From the IMG/VR virus record IMGVR_UViG_3300048687_000120, positions 1-37,017 of that record: DNA of 37,017 nucleotides; one strand, written 5' to 3'. Numbering within the stretch: position 1 is the stretch's first letter; each line of letters opens with the position of its first letter. The translations under genes were made by a program, and so were the position numbers. Positions 32,048 through 37,017 of the stretch are shown here, in pieces. The notes under the pieces were generated by a model. It was not told the DNA's origin. It searched no databases and saw only the letters and a program-made list of their open reading frames with translations. The DNA is from a virus.

Positions 32048-32515
32048 TCAGATGCGGGCCTGGCAGGAGACGGTGAACGAGAGGCCCGCGAGAGTGCCGT
32101 TGCCGTTCTGTTCCTGAATGAGGCTGCCGGTGGCCAGGTACGCCCACAGGACGGTGCCGCCGAGCGTGCCGGCCGTCGGCTGCTGGTCGGTCTGGCGCAG
32201 GATGTCCTCGACGATGGCGAGGAGACCGAACACCGCCTCGCGGCGCAGCCTCATGTCCTTGTCTCCGGCCCGCGCCTCGGCGTAGCAGTGGATGGTGAAC
32301 TGCTCGTCTCGGCGGCGGCCGCCCGCATAGGCGAAGTCCTGCACGATGTCGGTGGCGGTGTCGGCTCCGGGCGACCAGCCGACGCAGATGCGGCGCCGGC
32401 CGGAGAAGTCCACGGCGCTGGGCCCGTCCACGATCGTCACGCCCGCCAGTTCGGCGGATCCGTTCAGCGTCTCAACCAGCGCCTGGATCGCGGCGGGCAC
32501 GCGGGAGGTCGCCAT
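32048..32515 (-). CDS. Head-tail joining / tail-terminator-like protein (by position)
   Basis: 155 aa; abuts the connector-protein stop. Confidence 0.45.
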   Translation of the reverse strand: MATSRVPAAIQALVETLNGSAELAGVTIVDGPSAVDFSGRRRICVGWSPGADTATDIVQDFAYAGGRRRDEQFTIHCYAEARAGDKDMRLRREAVFGLLAIVEDILRQTDQQPTAGTLGGTVLWAYLATGSLIQEQNGNGTLAGLSFTVSCQARI

Positions 32516-33070
32516 CTATGCCACCCCCGGCGGCAGCTTGTACGCCTCGAGCAACTGCAGCACCCGGTTGGGGATCGCGTACCCGAAGCCGGGGATCGGC
32601 TCGGTCACGGAGAACCCGTCGTCGCTGCCCTGCCCGCGGGCGCTGCCGTACTGGGTGCGCCACAGATGCTGAAGCAGCATCGCCGCGGCGAGCTTGATGG
32701 TGGCCGGCACCTCTCCGTCCTCGGCGACCCGGCCGGCGGTGTAGGCGGCCCGCCATACGGTGCCGCTGAACGAGCCGTTCAGGTAGCGCACGATGCCGGT
32801 GGCCGGGTCCAGATCGAGCACCCCGACGTCGAGGGCGGTGCCGCCGCCGAGCGGGGTCATGGACACCAGCGCGGTGACCGGGATGGTGGACAGGCACATG
32901 GTGCTGCCGCGGCCCTCGATGGTCTCGGTGACCTCCCGGAACTGCACCGGTCCGATGTGCCGCTCGATGGCGGCCGTCAGTGCGTCGATGTAGACCTGCA
33001 GTTCGAGGTCGTCGGCGGCCGTCTCCATGTCGAGCTGCCGCTTGGCCTCGGTGAGGGTGAGCAGCGCCAT
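32516..33070 (-). CDS. Head-tail connector (gp6-like) protein
   Basis: 184 aa from ATG 33070: MALLTLTEAKRQLDMETAADDLELQVYIDALTAAIERHIG…. This N-terminal pattern is typical of the phage gp6-like connector family. Confidence 0.6.
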   Translation of the reverse strand: MALLTLTEAKRQLDMETAADDLELQVYIDALTAAIERHIGPVQFREVTETIEGRGSTMCLSTIPVTALVSMTPLGGGTALDVGVLDLDPATGIVRYLNGSFSGTVWRAAYTAGRVAEDGEVPATIKLAAAMLLQHLWRTQYGSARGQGSDDGFSVTEPIPGFGYAIPNRVLQLLEAYKLPPGVA

Positions 33071-33083
33071 GGCCTGCCCCCTT

Positions 33084-33314
33084 CTACTTGGCCGAGGGCT
33101 TGCGGCGCTGCGGCGTCGAGGTCTCGGCCGTGGGGGCGGTGGCCTCCTCGATGACCGGCGCCTCGTCACCCCCGTCCGTGTCCGGTTCCTCGGCCAGGCC
33201 CGCGCGGACCATATGCGTGGCCTCGGCGTCGGGCAGATCGACCAGCTCGCCGCGCGGCGGCCAGGTCTCCCCGTCCCGGGTGCCGGACAGCGTGACCTTC
33301 ATGCGCACCTGCAT
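33084..33314 (-). CDS. Hypothetical small head-module protein
   Basis: 76 aa downstream of the capsid gene, with an acidic/Thr-Pro-rich tail. Confidence 0.5.
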   Translation of the reverse strand: MQVRMKVTLSGTRDGETWPPRGELVDLPDAEATHMVRAGLAEEPDTDGGDEAPVIEEATAPTAETSTPQRRKPSAK

Positions 33315-33341
33315 GGGGTGCTCCCTTCCGGGTGGGTGGGG

Positions 33342-33368
33342 CCCGGGGCGGCGTGCGGCCGCCCCGGG
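33342..33368 (-). terminator. Hairpin directly after the major capsid gene (11-bp GC stem)
   Basis: CCCGGGGCGGC (33342-33352) GTGCG GCCGCCCCGGG (33358-33368), 8 nt after the stop at 33376. Confidence 0.5.
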
Positions 33369-33375
33369 GAGGGGA

Positions 33376-34593
33376 TCAGGTGGCCGCGCCGGTGAAGACC
33401 TTGACGGCGCCGGTCTGGTCGACGAGTAGGCCGTCCGCGCGGATGATCGCGCGGAAGGTGGTCAGGTCGGAGTTGAACGCGTAGTCGTCGGAGCGCTCGA
33501 AGCGGACCCCGCCGGCCAGGCGCACGAAGTACTGGCTGAAGTCGCCGAACGCGACGGACTTGGCGTTGGTCGCCGTGGCGGCCATGTTCGGGTCGGTGTA
33601 CACCGGCTTGCCGAGCAGCAGGTCCGGGAGGCCGAGCTGGATGGAGGGCTGCCACAGGTACTGCCCCTGGCTGTCCTTCAGCTTGCGGGCCGCGCCCAGC
33701 GAGGCGTCACGCATCAGCCAGCCGCACGAGGTGCTGTTGCGGTACGGGGCGATGACCGAGTGGTACAGGTCGATCAGGTTGTCCGCGGTGAACGCGCCCG
33801 CCACGCCGGTGCCGCCGGTCACGCCCGCCGATGCGGAGGTGACGACGCCGATCGGCTTGGACGAACCGTCACCGGTGATGGCGTGCACGCCGAACGCGTT
33901 GCCCAGCGCCCGCCCGGCCTGCATGGCGAGGTAGCCCTCGAGGTCGACGCCGGTGTCGTTGAGCAGCTCGAACGATGCCTGCATGAGGACGCCGTACTTG
34001 TAGGCGCCGAGCGTGCGCTTGGCGAACGCCGGGTCGGACTCGCTGATCGCGGTGGCCTCGGGCGTGATGGACGCCGAGGAGTGCGCGGTGGTGACCGGGA
34101 TGTCGATGTTCTCGCCGGACGCCGTGTTGAGGACGGTCGGCCCGGCCATCATGATCCCGGACACCTCGACGAGGTGGGCCATGAGCTGGCCGTAGAACGT
34201 GGTGGGGACGGTGTTGCCGCCCGCCGTCGCGGTGCCCTTGGTCAGGTCACGGAAGGCGACGCCCTGCGGCGCCTCGATGTTGACGCTGCGCTGCTCGCCG
34301 CGCGCCCACCGGCGCAGCTCGGAGTCCTCCCCGGCCGGGGCCTGCCGCTCATCGGCCGGCTTGGAGAGCAGGACGGCGAACGCCGCCAGGGCGTCCTGGT
34401 TGCGCTGCTCGGCGTCGACGAGCTGCTTGGCCCGCGCGTCGATCTTGTCGAGGTCGGCGTTCAGCGCCTGGTACGACGCCTCCTCCTCGCCGGTGAGGTC
34501 GCGGCCCTCGGCGTCGGCGGTGTCGAGCAGTGCCTTGGTCTGCTCCCACACGTTCTGGCGCCGCTCCTGCAGCGCCTTGATGTTGCTGGACAT
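33376..34593 (-). CDS. Major capsid protein, HK97 family
   Basis: 405 aa from ATG 34593 (SD AGGAGGG). The N-terminal coiled delta-like region (MSSNIKALQERRQNVWEQTKALLD…) is followed by a typical HK97-fold body (…YGQLMAHLVEVSGIM…FERSDDYAFNSDLTTFRAI…). Confidence 0.85.
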   Translation of the reverse strand: MSSNIKALQERRQNVWEQTKALLDTADAEGRDLTGEEEASYQALNADLDKIDARAKQLVDAEQRNQDALAAFAVLLSKPADERQAPAGEDSELRRWARGEQRSVNIEAPQGVAFRDLTKGTATAGGNTVPTTFYGQLMAHLVEVSGIMMAGPTVLNTASGENIDIPVTTAHSSASITPEATAISESDPAFAKRTLGAYKYGVLMQASFELLNDTGVDLEGYLAMQAGRALGNAFGVHAITGDGSSKPIGVVTSASAGVTGGTGVAGAFTADNLIDLYHSVIAPYRNSTSCGWLMRDASLGAARKLKDSQGQYLWQPSIQLGLPDLLLGKPVYTDPNMAATATNAKSVAFGDFSQYFVRLAGGVRFERSDDYAFNSDLTTFRAIIRADGLLVDQTGAVKVFTGAAT

Positions 34594-34677
34594 CTGCCCT
34601 CCTGGGCATGACGACGGCACCCGCGACCGGTGGCCGGGGTGTCAGGGATGGATGGTCGAGGTGGGTGTCGCCCTGCC

Positions 34678-35424
34678 TCAGAAGGTGCGGCGCTTCATGA
34701 GCTCGGCGCGTCGCTGCCGGTTCGCGAGCGTCGGGTGGGTGTCGCCCTGCCCGTCGCCGTGCGGAGTCTTGGGGTCTGCTGCCTGCCGCAGGGCCGCCTC
34801 GAGGCGGCTCGGGTCCGCGTGCAGGTCGATCGTGATCGTGTTCTTCGCGCGGTCGAGGAACCGCTCGAGGCGCCCGTCCTCGGCGGCCGCCCGCACCTCG
34901 GCCAGGTCCGCCTCGGCGTGCTCGGCCAGCGAGCGCAGCCCGGTGGACGTATCGAGGTAGGCGGGGGTGTTGACGGGGGCGACGTCGACCAGGCGGCCGG
35001 ACAGCAGCGTCCGCACCGGGAACCCGTCGTCCGTCATCCCCCAGTCGTCATCGAACGTGTAGAACGCGAAGCTGGAGCGCTGTACGTCGCCGCGCTGCAC
35101 CAGCTCGTACACGTCCGCGCGGGCGGCCGGGACGTCCACGCTGTAGTCCAGCCCGGTGCCGTCCGTGAGCAGCCGCAGCGTGCCGCCGGCGGTCGTGCCC
35201 AGCAGCATGTTGTCGTCGTGGTTGTAGCGGGCCATGGCCTCCGGCCAGCCGTCGCCCTCGGACTTGGCGAAGAAGCCGGGGTCGATCCGTTCGACGAACC
35301 CGCCGAGGTTGCGGCTGAGCGCGTTGTACTTGGCGGCGTACCCGCCGATCGTGCGCGTGCTGTCGCCGGCCGCCCGCACCTCGACAATGCCGCGGGTGAA
35401 CCGGCGTTCCTGCTGCTCGTTCAT
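34678..35424 (-). CDS. HK97-family prohead protease
   Basis: 248 aa: …IGGYAAKYNALSRNLGGFVERIDPGFF…ARYNHDDNMLLGTT…GDVQRSSFAF…, between the portal and capsid genes. Confidence 0.8.
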   Translation of the reverse strand: MNEQQERRFTRGIVEVRAAGDSTRTIGGYAAKYNALSRNLGGFVERIDPGFFAKSEGDGWPEAMARYNHDDNMLLGTTAGGTLRLLTDGTGLDYSVDVPAARADVYELVQRGDVQRSSFAFYTFDDDWGMTDDGFPVRTLLSGRLVDVAPVNTPAYLDTSTGLRSLAEHAEADLAEVRAAAEDGRLERFLDRAKNTITIDLHADPSRLEAALRQAADPKTPHGDGQGDTHPTLANRQRRAELMKRRTF

Positions 35425-36725
35425 GGTTCCTCCGTGACCGGGGGTGGGGTGAATGTGCCGGTGAGATTCGCGCCGACCTGGTTGAGGATCTGCCGGGCCT
35501 CGTCGGGGGTGAGCAGTACGCCCACTCCCGCACCGAGCTTGCCGATCATCTCGACGAGGTTGCGGGCGTTGGCCTGCTCCGGATCGAGGGACACGGACAG
35601 CGCGTTGGACAGCGGCAGGTAGGTCTGGCCGAGCCCGTTGGGCAGCGGTGGCTCGTCCTCGATAGCGCGGACCTCGTCGCGGTTACGCCAGCCCTGATCG
35701 AGCGCCAGGCCGTGGGCCTGTACGCGCGACAGCAGGTCGGTGCGCAGCATCGCGTCCGGGTTGAACTTCACCTCGTGATCGGGCGGCAGCAGCAGCGAAA
35801 ACGCCGCCTCCAGGCGGGCCAGCCACGGGCGCAGCGTCCAGGTGAGCAAGTCGATGCTGTTCTGCTCGACGGTGGCGTAGGTGAGGCTGCCGCCGGTCTC
35901 GCCGCCGACCTTCTCCGGGGGCACGCCGTAGATGGCGGCCACCTGGTTCGCCGAGGCCTTGATGGTCTCCAGGAACTGCGACTCCTCGGCCGGCACGGCG
36001 ATCGGCCGGTATTTCACATCGAGGCCGAGCACGGCCACGTCGCGGCCCGTCGCGGCCTCTTTGAACCGAGCCTTGAGGATCGTCGCCTGCTCCTTGGTGA
36101 CGTCCCGGTCCGTCTCCAGGACCGCGGCCGGGGTGGAGCCGTTGGCGAACCAGTCCCGCCCGTACTGCTGGGCAAGCAGGCCCGTCTCGGTGGTGGAGGC
36201 GAAGTAGGCAACCGGGGACAGGCCGAGGATCTGCCCGGGCAGCGTGTACGCCGCCACGTGGAACAGTTCCCCGGGCTCGAGCCGGCGGCCCTTGTAGTAC
36301 CAGACGGGGACCGTGGCGAAGTTGTCCTGGATGCTCACGTCGTCCGGGTGCAGCCACTCGATCTGTGACGGGTAGCCCGTCCGGTCGGTGGCGACGATCA
36401 GCCCGTAGGCGTTGCCGCGCAGGGCCAGCGAGGTCATGCAGCGGTGCAGCCAGTCGTAGCGGCTACCCGATGCGGCGGGGGTGCGCAGCACGTCGGGCAG
36501 CGGAAGACGCAGGCGGCTGTCTCCCGCGTCCCGGTAGACCTTCAGCGGCAGCGACGCCACCGCGTCGGACAGGATCCGGGTGGCGGAGTACACGGGCGCC
36601 AGGCGCAAGGCCTGCTCCTGTGTCGTGCCGCGCAGCCCGTTGACCGGGCCCCCGGAGCCCCACACGTCCTGGAACGACAGCGCCCGCTGTTCCTGCGCCT
36701 TGCGGCGGAAGGGCCACCACCTCAT
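35421..36725 (-). CDS. Portal protein, HK97 family
   Basis: 434 aa directly downstream of terL: …APVYSATRILSDAVASLPLKVYR…LALRGNAYGLIV…. ATGA overlap with the protease gene. Confidence 0.85.
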   Translation of the reverse strand: MRWWPFRRKAQEQRALSFQDVWGSGGPVNGLRGTTQEQALRLAPVYSATRILSDAVASLPLKVYRDAGDSRLRLPLPDVLRTPAASGSRYDWLHRCMTSLALRGNAYGLIVATDRTGYPSQIEWLHPDDVSIQDNFATVPVWYYKGRRLEPGELFHVAAYTLPGQILGLSPVAYFASTTETGLLAQQYGRDWFANGSTPAAVLETDRDVTKEQATILKARFKEAATGRDVAVLGLDVKYRPIAVPAEESQFLETIKASANQVAAIYGVPPEKVGGETGGSLTYATVEQNSIDLLTWTLRPWLARLEAAFSLLLPPDHEVKFNPDAMLRTDLLSRVQAHGLALDQGWRNRDEVRAIEDEPPLPNGLGQTYLPLSNALSVSLDPEQANARNLVEMIGKLGAGVGVLLTPDEARQILNQVGANLTGTFTPPPVTEEP

Positions 36726-36735
36726 AACTGCCCCC

Positions 36736-37017
36736 TCACCAGACCGCGTTCATGATGTCGCCGGGATACTCGACCTCGGCGCCGAGTCCCCACTTGGCCA
36801 GCGTCACGGCCACCAGGGGGGAGATATCGACACCGACGCCACGCCGGGCCCACGCCCAGGCGTCGCCCAACGGACGCTTCTGTGCGCCCGCCAGGGCCAT
36901 GGCCAGGGGCGCGTTGTCGATGTGGGAGAGAGCCTGCTCGGTGACCGCGTCGTAGAACTGACCGCAGGCCGCGCCGACTTCCCGCACCTTGGGCTGGACC
37001 ACCGTGATGCCGAGCCG
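36736..37017 (-). CDS. terL: Terminase large subunit, C-terminal part (same gene as 1..1378 through the circular junction; about 510 aa in total)
   Basis: Track ORF 36736..37002 (…VQPKVREVGAACGQFYDAVTEQALSHIDNAPLAMALAG…) is in the same frame (coordinate mod 3) as the ORF leaving base 1. Residues encoded by 1-127 are the same as those encoded by 36891-37017. Confidence 0.9.
   Translation of the reverse strand, partial: RLGITVVQPKVREVGAACGQFYDAVTEQALSHIDNAPLAMALAGAQKRPLGDAWAWARRGVGVDISPLVAVTLAKWGLGAEVEYPGDIMNAVW
36891..37017. repeat. Terminal direct repeat, copy 2 (identical to 1..127)
   Basis: Same 127-nt string as the window start (ccagggccatggccaggggcgcgttgtcgatg...gtgatgccgagccg). Confidence 0.95.

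Overview
The window is one complete, circularly closed replicon. Bases 1-127 are identical to 36891-37017 and the large-terminase ORF reads in frame across that junction, so the unique sequence is 36,890 bp. It is visibly very GC-rich, with actinobacterial (Streptomyces-like) codon bias and many long antisense or out-of-frame shadow ORFs in the track. It looks like a temperate siphovirus-like genome.

The minus strand, running through the junction, carries the late module: HNH endonuclease, small Cys protein, P-loop NTPase, putative small terminase, terL, HK97-type portal, prohead protease, major capsid, connector/neck proteins, major tail protein, G/G-T chaperones (-1 frameshift), a 1255-aa tape measure, three minor tail proteins, two small membrane (holin-like) proteins and a membrane-anchored collagen-like protein.

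The other half has a plasmid/AICE flavour. It contains:
- a tyrosine integrase, endonuclease VII and an Xis-like HTH protein;
- two DUF6221-like paralogues;
- a ParA plus ParB-like pair;
- a Zn-ribbon protein and a DnaB-N/RecA-like helicase;
- a replication initiator whose CDS holds five exact 20-bp iterons;
- a Cro-like HTH protein and a T5orf172/GIY-YIG-like protein;
- a GntR/HutC regulator with a divergent promoter/operator switch;
- a rightward translationally coupled operon (OB-fold protein, second HNH, small proteins);
- a sigma-70/ECF-like protein;
- a DUF2637/SpdB2-like membrane protein whose 3' half carries a dense ACCGCGNNTCC repeat array.

I saw no tRNA, rRNA or CRISPR, and I could not recognise an endolysin. 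All family names come from motif recognition by eye; no database search was run.
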